A DNA stretch of 64,000 nucleotides from Oscillospiraceae bacterium (GTDB lineage Bacteria; Bacillota; Clostridia; Oscillospirales; CAG-272). The notes beneath the pieces are model-generated. The model was not told the DNA's origin. It saw only the letters and a program-made list of their open reading frames with translations, and searched no databases. Both the position numbers and the translations under genes were made by a program. Of the stretch, positions 53,443-62,055 are shown in pieces. The stretch is from assembly GCA_015065065.1 (NCBI GenBank), contig SVQX01000005.1, positions 4,349 to 68,348 on the forward strand, in the 5' to 3' direction. Within the stretch, counting starts at the first letter, position 1. Every line of letters starts with the position of its first letter.

Positions 53443-55287
53443 GTGATAAGAAGCGATCTCAGAAATATTGCAATAATCGCCCACGTTGACCACGGAAAGA
53501 CCACCCTTGTTGACGGTCTTTTGAAGCAGGGCGGCATCTACCGCGACAATCAGGAAACAGTAAACCGTGTTATGGACTCTGGCGCACTCGAGCGCGAGCG
53601 CGGCATCACCATCCTTGCAAAAAATACATCCGTGCATTACAAGGACGTTAAGATAAACATTATAGATACCCCCGGTCACGCGGATTTCGGCGGCGAGGTG
53701 GAGCGCGTTCTCAAAATGGTAAACGGCGTTATTCTGCTTGTTGACGCAGCAGAGGGTCCCATGCCCCAGACTCGCTTCGTGCTTCAGCGCGCACTTGCGC
53801 TCAATCACCGTGTCATTGTTTGCATTAACAAGATCGACAAGCCAGATGCGCGTCTTGGCGAGGTCGAGGACGAGGTGCTTGAGCTGCTGCTCGACCTTGA
53901 CGCAAACGACGAACAGCTGGATTCGCCCTTCCTTTACTGCTCGGGACGCGACGGAACGGCTACCCGCTCTCCCGACGATGAGGGTGTTGACCTCACTCCC
54001 CTGTTTGAAACTATCGTGGACTATATTCCTGCCCCCGAGGGCGATCCTGACGAGCCGCTTCAGCTTTTAGTGTCCTCTATCGACTACAACGACTACGTCG
54101 GACGTATCGGTATCGGTCGCATTGAGCGCGGAACCTTGAAGGTCAACCAAGAGGCGGCTATATGCAATTTCTTCACTCCCGAAAGCAAAAAGCGCACAAA
54201 GATAGTGACTGTTATGCAGATTGAGGGGCTTGTTCGCACCCCCGTTGAAAGCGCTACGGTTGGCGATATCGTGTGCTTCTCGGGCGCAGCTGATATTTCT
54301 ATCGGCGACACCGTGACGGCTCTTGACACTCCCGAGCCGCTTGAATTTGTAAAGGTCAGCGAGCCTACGCTGGAAATGACCTTCTCGGTCAACGACAGCC
54401 CGCTTGCGGGCAAGGAGGGTAAGTTTGTTACCTCCCGTCAGCTCCGCGACAGACTTTACCGCGAGCTTCTCAAGGATGTTTCCCTGCGCGTGTCCGACGG
54501 TGACACCACCGACGAATTCAAGGTCGCGGGCAGAGGAGAGATGCATCTTTCCATCCTTATCGAAACCATGCGCCGTGAGGGCTATGAGCTTACCTGCTCC
54601 AATCCCCGTGTGCTGTTCAAGGAGATCGACGGCGAAAAATGCGAGCCTATGGAGCGCGTAACGCTGGACGTCCCCAACGATTACGTTGGCGCGGTCGTTG
54701 AAAAGCTGGGACAGCGCAAGGGCGATCTTATTGAAATGACTCCTCTCGGCTCGGGCAACCGTATGAGAATTGAATATATCATTCCCACCCGTTGTCTGTT
54801 CGGTTATCGCTCCGAATTTTTGACCGCTACTCACGGCGAGGGTACGCTCAACTCTATTTTTGACGGCTATCAGCCCTACCGCGGTGAGATAATTATGAGG
54901 TTTACAGGCTCTCTCGTCGCTTCCGAGGCAGGTGAGACCACGAGATACGGTCTTTTCAACACTCAGGAGCGCGGCAGAATGTTCGTTGGACCTCAGACTC
55001 CCGTTTACGAGGGTATGATCGTGGGCGAGAATCCCAAGAACGACGATATTGCGGTCAATCCCTGTAAGGAAAAGCACCTTACCGCTATCCGCTCCTCGGG
55101 TGCGGACGAAAAGCTGCTCCTCACCCCCCCCGTCATTATGACGCTGGAGGAGGCTATTGAGTTCATCAACGAGGACGAGCTTATCGAGGTTACTCCCAAA
55201 TCCATTCGTCTGCGTAAGGTCATCCTTAATACCGAATTGCGTATGAAGGAAATGATGCGCAAGCGTCGCGCTATGCAACAGCAGTAA
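53443..55287 (+). CDS. typA: Translational GTPase TypA/BipA
   Basis: GTG start after AAAGGA. IRNIAIIAHVDHGKTTLVD...DTPGHADFGGEVER. Confidence 0.93.
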   Translation: MIRSDLRNIAIIAHVDHGKTTLVDGLLKQGGIYRDNQETVNRVMDSGALERERGITILAKNTSVHYKDVKINIIDTPGHADFGGEVERVLKMVNGVILLVDAAEGPMPQTRFVLQRALALNHRVIVCINKIDKPDARLGEVEDEVLELLLDLDANDEQLDSPFLYCSGRDGTATRSPDDEGVDLTPLFETIVDYIPAPEGDPDEPLQLLVSSIDYNDYVGRIGIGRIERGTLKVNQEAAICNFFTPESKKRTKIVTVMQIEGLVRTPVESATVGDIVCFSGAADISIGDTVTALDTPEPLEFVKVSEPTLEMTFSVNDSPLAGKEGKFVTSRQLRDRLYRELLKDVSLRVSDGDTTDEFKVAGRGEMHLSILIETMRREGYELTCSNPRVLFKEIDGEKCEPMERVTLDVPNDYVGAVVEKLGQRKGDLIEMTPLGSGNRMRIEYIIPTRCLFGYRSEFLTATHGEGTLNSIFDGYQPYRGEIIMRFTGSLVASEAGETTRYGLFNTQERGRMFVGPQTPVYEGMIVGENPKNDDIAVNPCKEKHLTAIRSSGADEKLLLTPPVIMTLEEAIEFINEDELIEVTPKSIRLRKVILNTELRMKEMMRKRRAMQQQ

Positions 55288-55294
55288 ACCATGA

Positions 55295-55324
55295 AGGGGC
55301 TTCGTCAGAAGCCCCTGATTTTTA
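55295..55324 (+). terminator. typA intrinsic terminator
   Basis: AGGGGCTTC-gtca-GAAGCCCCT plus GATTTTTATT. Confidence 0.85.
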
Positions 55325-55340
55325 TTGTATGATTTTTAGT

Positions 55341-55500
55341 ATATGCGGGACTCTGTCCCGCGCCCTGCAAACCCTTTCTTTCGAGAAAGGGTTTGATCCC
55401 AAAGAACTTGAAGTATTTTTTGGTTTGGATTTGTTTCGTATGATGACAACAAAAACCATCTCTATAATCCCCGTGGGACCATTACCCACTCCGATATTTA
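55341..55500 (+). repeat. Dispersed ~160-nt intergenic repeat, copy 2
   Basis: See copy 1. Same orientation, estimated ~75-80% identity by eye, again directly 3' of a plus-strand gene. Confidence 0.8.
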
Positions 55501-55607
55501 TTCTTTCTTCTTTACCACTCGGTTATTTATCCAGCTTGCGCGCCCTTCGGGTTCGACTCGCTAACGCTCGCTCAGGATGACACCCTTGGTGTCGCCACAG
55601 GCGGATT

Positions 55608-56930
55608 TCACTCCGCCAAGCGGTCAGGCTCCAGCTTTTTACGGAAAGCAAGCGCATAGACTGCCGTTCCCAGCATAATAACTCCGCTCATAATTATCAG
55701 AAGCGGTGTTCCCGTTTGGTATGTGTATCCGAACGCTGTAAAGGAAAAATTTTCTGTAAAGCTTGTAAAAATCGTTCCGTAAACAGTGCCGAGCAAGGAC
55801 GCGGTATATACTAACACAAGATAAAATGATGTATAATTCTCTCTGTCACCTACAGGCAAATGTATATATTGAAAATTAGCAAACGTAACATTAACTCCTA
55901 CCGCCGCAAAGTGTTGGGAAAATTTAACAAACAAAAGCATTGGTACGTGGGTATCGGGCTGAGCAAAGCCGTATAGTATCTGCATTGGTGCAAATATCAG
56001 CATTGAAATCGCATACGTTGTAAACCACGACGTCTTTTTTATCCGCTTTTGCCAAAAGCCCGTGAAAAATATAAAGAACAATCCGTAGGTACATATCAGA
56101 AAATTCCAAAAGAAAAGCGATATTTCAATATTCTGAAGCATATATACCTGCGCGAAGCTGGAATGTATACCCGTTGCAAAATTATATGCGAAAATTATGA
56201 GCATCGTCAACATATATTTTTTGTTTTTAAACGGTTTGCTGAAAACGTCTATGAGATGAGGGGTGTCGGCTTTCTTATACTCAATCTCACGAGGCAAGGA
56301 AAGACAAATCACGTCACATACGGCGATGAGAAGCGCAAAGTATCGCAGTCCTGTAATAAAGCCTATCCGCGCGCCTCCCATAGAAACAAGCATATCCGAT
56401 ATAGCCCCCGAGGCAAGTACGAATATACCCGATATCAAAGCAGACGCAAACTGACCTGCAGAGAGCTGATAGGCTCTGTATTCCTCCGGCAAAAAGCTTA
56501 CGTGCCACGCGGTATAGCCTACGCTGGCAACCGCATTGAATACGTGTGATACAAAGGTGATTATTACAAGTCCCAGAAGTCTTGCGCTTTCATTCTTGAC
56601 AAGCGTAGGCAAAAGCGTTATACCCACGGTAACGCACAGATAGTACATTATCTTGACAAATGCAAGTATTCCCCGCCGCTTCGGAAATTTATTGAGCAGT
56701 GACGGTACGAAGATAACTACAAGGTTTGCAATATACGGTAAAAACGACAAAATACCAATTGAGACGGTGTTTATATTATGCTCTGTCAGAAATGCGGTAT
56801 AAAACATTCCGCCAACGAGCTGGGCTATTATTCCCGAAAGCACAGTACATATCAGAAGTGACGTTCTGCCGCGAGCGTCGGGATCCTTGAAATTATAGAC
56901 ACGTTTAAATGATATACCTGTTTCCTTCAT
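55608..56930 (-). CDS. MFS/GPH-type transporter (lower-GC gene)
   Basis: Start MKETGISFK after GAGGT. ~12 TM segments. GC is visibly lower than neighbouring genes. Confidence 0.75.
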   Translation of the reverse strand: MKETGISFKRVYNFKDPDARGRTSLLICTVLSGIIAQLVGGMFYTAFLTEHNINTVSIGILSFLPYIANLVVIFVPSLLNKFPKRRGILAFVKIMYYLCVTVGITLLPTLVKNESARLLGLVIITFVSHVFNAVASVGYTAWHVSFLPEEYRAYQLSAGQFASALISGIFVLASGAISDMLVSMGGARIGFITGLRYFALLIAVCDVICLSLPREIEYKKADTPHLIDVFSKPFKNKKYMLTMLIIFAYNFATGIHSSFAQVYMLQNIEISLFFWNFLICTYGLFFIFFTGFWQKRIKKTSWFTTYAISMLIFAPMQILYGFAQPDTHVPMLLFVKFSQHFAAVGVNVTFANFQYIHLPVGDRENYTSFYLVLVYTASLLGTVYGTIFTSFTENFSFTAFGYTYQTGTPLLIIMSGVIMLGTAVYALAFRKKLEPDRLAE

Positions 56931-57100
56931 AGCAATACCTCGGCGCATTCGCGCTATTCAATATTTGCATATTTCAAAAGCGTTTTGCTTTTGTCCGATA
57001 ATTATACAATACACAAATCCGTTTTTCAAGCACCAAAATAAACAAATAAAAACTTTTTATTTGTGCAAAAGGCAGAATGTTTGAAATCTTAAAAAAAGCA

Positions 57101-57129
57101 TTGACACGGCTTCAAAAATAGAGTATAAT
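57101..57129 (+). promoter_or_regulatory. Orphan consensus sigma-A promoter facing the end of the phage-like element
   Basis: TTGACA (57101-57106), 17 nt, TATAAT (57124-57129). No plus-strand ORF lies downstream. Confidence 0.5.
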
Positions 57130-57141
57130 ATTTGGCTTTAA

Positions 57142-57177
57142 AGCCCCGTACCGCAGATATCTCCGCAATACGGGGCT
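57142..57177 (-). terminator. Hairpin after the last gene of the phage-like element
   Basis: AGCCCCGTA-(18 nt)-TACGGGGCT, 8 nt downstream of the stop at 57185. Confidence 0.5.
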
Positions 57178-57184
57178 GTGTGCA

Positions 57185-57505
57185 TCAAAGCGCGATATAA
57201 TCCGTAAGTGCAACCGCCAAAGCACCTGCCACCGCGCTGACGGCATACCACAAAAGCTTTTGCAGTCGGGTTATTGGCGCTTTTTCGATAGCACCCAGCT
57301 TTTCCTGCTGGGCGTCTATCATCTTATCGTGCCGCTCGATCATATCCGTCAATTTAACCGTGCAGATCTCCAGCTTTTCAAGCTTTTCCTCCACATGGCG
57401 GATATCAAAATCCAGCCTGTCGTGTCGCTCGTCGCAAAGCTCGGCGGAATATTCTCTGTCGGTCGAGTGATGATTGTACCCTCTCGGTCCGTCGTGCGAA
57501 TTCAT
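57185..57505 (-). CDS. XhlA-like coiled-coil protein with C-terminal TM (phage lysis-associated)
   Basis: CDERHDRLDFDIRHVEEKLEKLE... coiled coil followed by the LLWYAVSAVAGALAVALTDYI TM. The architecture resembles my recollection of PBSX XhlA. Confidence 0.45.
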   Translation of the reverse strand: MNSHDGPRGYNHHSTDREYSAELCDERHDRLDFDIRHVEEKLEKLEICTVKLTDMIERHDKMIDAQQEKLGAIEKAPITRLQKLLWYAVSAVAGALAVALTDYIAL

Positions 57506-57520
57506 ATCTATCCCTCCCGC

Positions 57521-59095
57521 TTATCCTATGATGCGATAGCTGCGCGTCAGCGAAGCCAACGTAAAATCACCGTAGGAATGAATATGTATTCGGAATCCGC
57601 TGCAGATATTGGGCGGACACATGTAGGTGAGATTTTCCCACGCGCCCCGTCCTGTACTGCTTCCTATAAGCACCTGCTCGCCGTCCTCGTCAAATTCTGC
57701 AAGCACCTCAAAATTCGTTCCGAATTCAAGGAATGCGGTAAGGCTCAAGGATAAAAGGGATTTCTTTTCCGCCGCGCCGCCGTCGTCGTATCCAAAGGAC
57801 AGCCGTGCGTCTGTCGCGTCCTCAAGTTCGCCCTCTGCCGTACTTCCGGAGGCAAAAAGCAGTCCTCCCGACGTCAGCATATATACCTCGCCCGCTCTGC
57901 CGGCCATACTGACGATAGTTCCGCTCGACTCAGCACTCCATATCTGCCTTATCGGGTCGTAGACGTAGATGTTACCGTTTGCCGCAAGATAATATCTTTC
58001 TCCGTCAGTGGCGGCTGCAGTCGCCTTCAAGCCGTCAGGAAGCGCGCCCTGATCTATCCGCTTGGGATGGGTACCGTCGTACTTATAAACTCCCATTGTA
58101 CCGCAGTAGTAGAGCGAGCCGCCAAGAGATACCAGCGTTTTATGCCCACCCTCGGGGATGCCGGGGGCTGTTACCTCGGACAAAACGTAATTTGATGCCT
58201 TGCCTCCAAGCAGCTTGCAGATGGAGTTTTCCTTGAAAAAGATGATATAACCGTTCCATTCGGCACAGGCGGTAAAGCTACCGACAGAAGCTGACGGCAG
58301 GGTCACGGGATCGGTGTCAAGTCCCCTTTTCCCTTTCCAATTATAGATATTTCCTTCCTCAGATATGTTGACGTTAGCCCCCGACGTGCCGTACATTCGA
58401 GAACCCATGCACACGGCGTGGGTAAGTGAGGGCATGTCACGTCTGACACGAAGCATATATTCTCCGTCGCGCGGAAAAGTGCCGTCGATATACAGGGCTT
58501 TTCCGTCGACGAAATAAACGGTAGAGTTTAGTGTGAACACGTAGCTTGACAGCGTGCTTGCAACAGAGGTAACCGTTATGCCGTCACCCATTCTGAAGCC
58601 TATATTCTCAAGATCGACGGAGTCGGCGACAAGCGAATTGCCGCTTATTGTTGCTTTGATAACGTCAGTTGAGATACGCATTTTCGTAGTATACCCGAAA
58701 GCTCCGTTATAGTGGATATAGTCGGGAATAATGATAAGATCCTTGTCGTAGCAGACTATCCTTTTATCCGATTCGGAGTACAGCGTACAGCACTCGGTAC
58801 GGCTGCCATTCTCCGAGATATAGAGCTTGTCGCTCTCTACAACGTATACCTTATCCGATACTGCGACGTTATACGGCATGCTTCCCGCCACGGCACGTAC
58901 AGAGGACAGCTTGCGTCTCTCCCGTGCCGATATTCTTGGATGATCGCAGGAGGTGGTGTTGACCATATAGCTGATAGCCTCGCCGTCCGCCATCCTCTCG
59001 CGGCAAAGTCCGCCGAATTTGGTCTGCGTTTTCTTTTTGACGTTTGAGTCTGCGGCTATCCCCATTGGCAGGGACACCGATGTTTTACTTGACAT
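57521..59095 (-). CDS. Phage structural protein of unknown role (propeller-like repeats)
   Basis: 524 aa with recurring ...G.(Y/L)Y....G.(I/V)Y.YD... strands (GSLYYCGTMGVYKYD, GERYYLAANGNIYVYDP, GEVYMLTSGGLLFA). RBS AGGAGAAAGGAG. Confidence 0.5.
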   Translation of the reverse strand: MSSKTSVSLPMGIAADSNVKKKTQTKFGGLCRERMADGEAISYMVNTTSCDHPRISARERRKLSSVRAVAGSMPYNVAVSDKVYVVESDKLYISENGSRTECCTLYSESDKRIVCYDKDLIIIPDYIHYNGAFGYTTKMRISTDVIKATISGNSLVADSVDLENIGFRMGDGITVTSVASTLSSYVFTLNSTVYFVDGKALYIDGTFPRDGEYMLRVRRDMPSLTHAVCMGSRMYGTSGANVNISEEGNIYNWKGKRGLDTDPVTLPSASVGSFTACAEWNGYIIFFKENSICKLLGGKASNYVLSEVTAPGIPEGGHKTLVSLGGSLYYCGTMGVYKYDGTHPKRIDQGALPDGLKATAAATDGERYYLAANGNIYVYDPIRQIWSAESSGTIVSMAGRAGEVYMLTSGGLLFASGSTAEGELEDATDARLSFGYDDGGAAEKKSLLSLSLTAFLEFGTNFEVLAEFDEDGEQVLIGSSTGRGAWENLTYMCPPNICSGFRIHIHSYGDFTLASLTRSYRIIG

Positions 59096-59117
59096 TACTC
59101 ATTCTCCTTTCTCCTGC

Positions 59118-59261
59118 TTACTTTTGGTTATCCAAACACTTTTCAAGCTCCTCGGTAAGCAGCATAAGGTATTTTTCAAGCTCGTTTATCCTTTCCTCAA
59201 GATCCTCTGAGCGGGAAGGAATAAATCTGCCTGTTGTGAGCGTTATTTTCTGAACGTCCAT
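59118..59261 (-). CDS. 47-aa coiled-coil phage protein (below ORF-track cutoff)
   Basis: MDVQKITLTTGRFIPSRSEDLEERINELEKYLMLLTEELEKCLDNQK. RBS GAGG is 6 nt upstream, and the ORF fills the gap between neighbouring genes. Confidence 0.5.
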   Translation of the reverse strand: MDVQKITLTTGRFIPSRSEDLEERINELEKYLMLLTEELEKCLDNQK

Positions 59262-59264
59262 GTT

Positions 59265-59603
59265 TTACCTCGTCGCCCCGTTGCGCAGTACCCATTTGGC
59301 GTAGCTCTCGAATGCTGAATTGAACGCGCCTGCGGAATTTCCGTATCTTACGTTGTCGCCGTTGGCAAGGTCCAGCATTGCTACGAGGTACATCCAATAT
59401 ATCTGATCAAACGGGAACGGGACGTAAAGCTGCACCCCGTCCTCGCACTCGGCACTGTACTCGCTCAGCTCCTCAGGCATAGCGTTGAAAAGCTCCACGG
59501 ATATCTTGCCCTCCAGCTCGCTGAGCCAGCGGAGCTTCAGCTCTCTGTCTATCTTATTGGGAGCTATGGTTTCGGCTATGCCGATACATTTACCGATAGT
59601 CAT
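59265..59603 (-). CDS. Phage head-completion/connector-position protein (unknown family)
   Basis: 112 aa, placed between the capsid and the 524-aa protein. No family recognised. Confidence 0.5.
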   Translation of the reverse strand: MTIGKCIGIAETIAPNKIDRELKLRWLSELEGKISVELFNAMPEELSEYSAECEDGVQLYVPFPFDQIYWMYLVAMLDLANGDNVRYGNSAGAFNSAFESYAKWVLRNGATR

Positions 59604-59621
59604 AAACTCACCCCTACTCCG

Positions 59622-59906
59622 TCAGGCGAGCTTGGCTTCGGCGGTGCGGAACTTTTCCTCCTCGGCTTCGATCATCTGCGCCGTTTTCATATCCTGTATC
59701 TCGGATGCGTCAAGCACCATGGCAAACTTACGCTTTACCTTTACCCATTCTCCTCTCTTGATGATGCAGTTCTGTCCGTTGACGGCAACGTATACGTTGT
59801 CGCGGTAGCGCCCACCGTCGCGGAAAAGCTTTATGGAAACAAGCTCCTCAAGGTATGCCTCGGGGGAAATTTCTGCTGTATTTTTATTTTCGGTATTCTT
59901 GTTCAT
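59622..59906 (-). CDS. Phage small protein (unknown)
   Basis: Trimmed to MNKNTENK after AAAGGA. 94 aa, immediately downstream of the capsid gene. Confidence 0.5.
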   Translation of the reverse strand: MNKNTENKNTAEISPEAYLEELVSIKLFRDGGRYRDNVYVAVNGQNCIIKRGEWVKVKRKFAMVLDASEIQDMKTAQMIEAEEEKFRTAEAKLA

Positions 59907-59925
59907 TTTATATTCCTTTCTGTTC

Positions 59926-59952
59926 CCCACTGCCGTCAGAGACGGCAGTGGG
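59926..59952 (-). other. 12-bp hairpin immediately after the capsid gene (no U-tract)
   Basis: CCCACTGCCGTC-aga-GACGGCAGTGGG, a possible attenuator or mRNA stabiliser. Confidence 0.5.
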
Positions 59953-59976
59953 ATTGAATTTTATGGGATTTACTTA

Positions 59977-61251
59977 TCAGTTCTTGCCCGACTCAAAGGT
60001 AGATGTGGTCTCGATTCTCACCATGAATGCCTCTACAAGACGGGTGGTTACCTTGGACGCCTTCCAGCCGACAGTAGCTCTCTGATTGAGAGGGTCAGAC
60101 GTTCCTGCGCTGCCGAGCTGCTTTACGATATGCTCAAGTCCGCCTCCTGAAATTTCGGTTGTACCGTATGCGTTGTCTGCGATGATGAGAGTGGAATATA
60201 CGTCGCGACCCTCAGCACCCGCTTCACCGGGATATACGGTATCTTGGGTTGTGAGATCGCTCATGTCGACAGTATTCTGTTTAGTGGAATCAGTGTAGCA
60301 CTTTCCTGCGCTGTGATATACGCGCTTGCCTTTAACGACGATCCATCTGTCGGGAAGCGAGTCGCCCTGAAGATAAAGCGTTCCGTCTGCCATGCCTTGG
60401 GTAACCTGTACTGTACGCTGACCCTCGTAAAGATCCTCTGCGTGAAAGATCTTTGCTTCGCTGGACTCGATAAAGCGCACGCCCTCGATCTTACCGATTT
60501 CGCCATCGAAGATGCGCTTCGTATCCGCATACTGATTGGGAGTCTTCCAGTTGGGGTCGCTCATCAGGTCGTAGGTGCAGTCGGGGTGAATGATAGCTAC
60601 GTAGGAGCCGTCGATCTTCTCCGCGTTCTGACTCTTGAGGAATCTTACCGCGCGACGGATACAGTCAACGGTAAGGTAGTGGTTACCGCTCTCCTTGCCG
60701 CCCACGAGCAGATGACGCGCGGATACGGCGTTCTCTCCGTACTGGACGTTTGTACCGCCCGACAGCACCTCACGCGAGATGGTATCAAGAGTACGTCCTG
60801 CCTGCGCACCCAACAGCTTTGTTGCCATGCAGAGGTTGTTATCGACTGCGGTCATGATCAAAAGGTCGGTAAGCTCGATATATCCGCCGTACTGGGAAAC
60901 GGTAGCCTCCACTACGCTGACGTGGAAATCCTGACCATCGGGTGTGATACCCTCCACGATAGGAGTTGTACGCTTGGGCAGCGGATCGTACTTGCGGAAG
61001 GAGATAGTCTTACCGCCACCAGTGGGGATACGGTGCTTCTGCGCGAAAAGGTCATGCACGAGATAAGGCTCGGCGTTGTCGATAAGGTAATCGCTGTAAT
61101 ACGTCCTCATCTCTGCAGAAAGTCCTTCGCCCGCATAAGGTGTTACGGTGGCAGTGTTGTTATTGGACACGCCTGCAGTTCCCATTACACGTTCACCCGA
61201 AGCAAAATGCTGAATGTAGTCCTTGCCGATATAAAGGTTTGTGTTGTTCAT
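59977..61251 (-). CDS. Major capsid protein, N4-gp56 family (HK97 fold)
   Basis: ...GGGKTISFRKYDPLPKRTTPIVEGITPDGQDFHVSVVEATVSQYGGYIELTDLL... matches the pattern of this capsid family. RBS GAAAGGA. Confidence 0.8.
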   Translation of the reverse strand: MNNTNLYIGKDYIQHFASGERVMGTAGVSNNNTATVTPYAGEGLSAEMRTYYSDYLIDNAEPYLVHDLFAQKHRIPTGGGKTISFRKYDPLPKRTTPIVEGITPDGQDFHVSVVEATVSQYGGYIELTDLLIMTAVDNNLCMATKLLGAQAGRTLDTISREVLSGGTNVQYGENAVSARHLLVGGKESGNHYLTVDCIRRAVRFLKSQNAEKIDGSYVAIIHPDCTYDLMSDPNWKTPNQYADTKRIFDGEIGKIEGVRFIESSEAKIFHAEDLYEGQRTVQVTQGMADGTLYLQGDSLPDRWIVVKGKRVYHSAGKCYTDSTKQNTVDMSDLTTQDTVYPGEAGAEGRDVYSTLIIADNAYGTTEISGGGLEHIVKQLGSAGTSDPLNQRATVGWKASKVTTRLVEAFMVRIETTSTFESGKN

Positions 61252-61269
61252 TTTTTTGTCCTTTCTTTC

Positions 61270-61746
61270 TTAAAATTCAATGCGCTCTCCGCGACCTGCT
61301 CTTGCGGCAATTTTTGCTCGCTCGGCGCGGCTGAGCCTTGCCACGGGAGGAGTTTTCTTTCCTCCCTTTTGTCTGTCTGCTCCGTTCTCTGCGGGACGAA
61401 TTCCGCAAAGTCGGATATGTGCGATAAGCTTTGATTCGGCTTCAAGTGCGGCGGTGCTTGCCGCTTTTGTAACAAGGCTGTCGAAATTCAAAGCTCGGTA
61501 AAGGTCAACGGGACTGAGTCGCTCGCGACCTTCGGCGTAAGCGAGCAATCTTTCGTCGGTGACATCCGCGTCAGGGTAAGCATCAAGGAGTGAACGGGTA
61601 AATTTCTCCATATCAATACCCTGCGTCTGCGGCTCTGTCGGCTGACTGTTGATCTCCTCCGCCTCCGTTTCCTCAATTGCCGACTCCACGGTCGGCTCTG
61701 TCTGTTCGTTTTCCGTTACTACTTCGGTTTCTGTGATTTGTTCCAT
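61270..61746 (-). CDS. Putative scaffolding protein
   Basis: 158 aa with a very acidic N-terminus and a basic helical C-terminus. Sits between the protease and the capsid gene. Confidence 0.5.
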   Translation of the reverse strand: MEQITETEVVTENEQTEPTVESAIEETEAEEINSQPTEPQTQGIDMEKFTRSLLDAYPDADVTDERLLAYAEGRERLSPVDLYRALNFDSLVTKAASTAALEAESKLIAHIRLCGIRPAENGADRQKGGKKTPPVARLSRAERAKIAARAGRGERIEF

Positions 61747-61749
61747 ATT

Positions 61750-62055
61750 TTACCTTCCTTCTTGCAAGCTAACGTATTCGGGATAGGTGTCCGCCATAAG
61801 TCTGAGAGATGCTGTTACCACCTCAAGCGCCTCAGCGCTGTCCGACGGAAAGCACATAAAAAGGCTGTCGCCGCTTTCGCGCCACACAAGGCTTGAGCCG
61901 TGCTTTTCGGAGAGGTAGTATAAAAATCCGTACAGCAGCGCGGAAACTCCTGCGCAGATAACGTCCCCTCCGCGCTCGGCACAGCCTGCATGACCGTGCG
62001 CTTCGATTCGGCACTTCTCTGCCTCGACATTTATCGCATAGCATACGTCTATCAT
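61750..62055 (-). CDS. Phage-encoded Prp-type cysteine protease
   Basis: IEAHGHAGCAERGGDVICAGVSALLYGF aligns with host Prp EEKGHTGYGEEGGDVLCAAISAMSMF (His...Cys dyad). ATGA overlap with the portal gene. Confidence 0.75.
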   Translation of the reverse strand: MIDVCYAINVEAEKCRIEAHGHAGCAERGGDVICAGVSALLYGFLYYLSEKHGSSLVWRESGDSLFMCFPSDSAEALEVVTASLRLMADTYPEYVSLQEGR

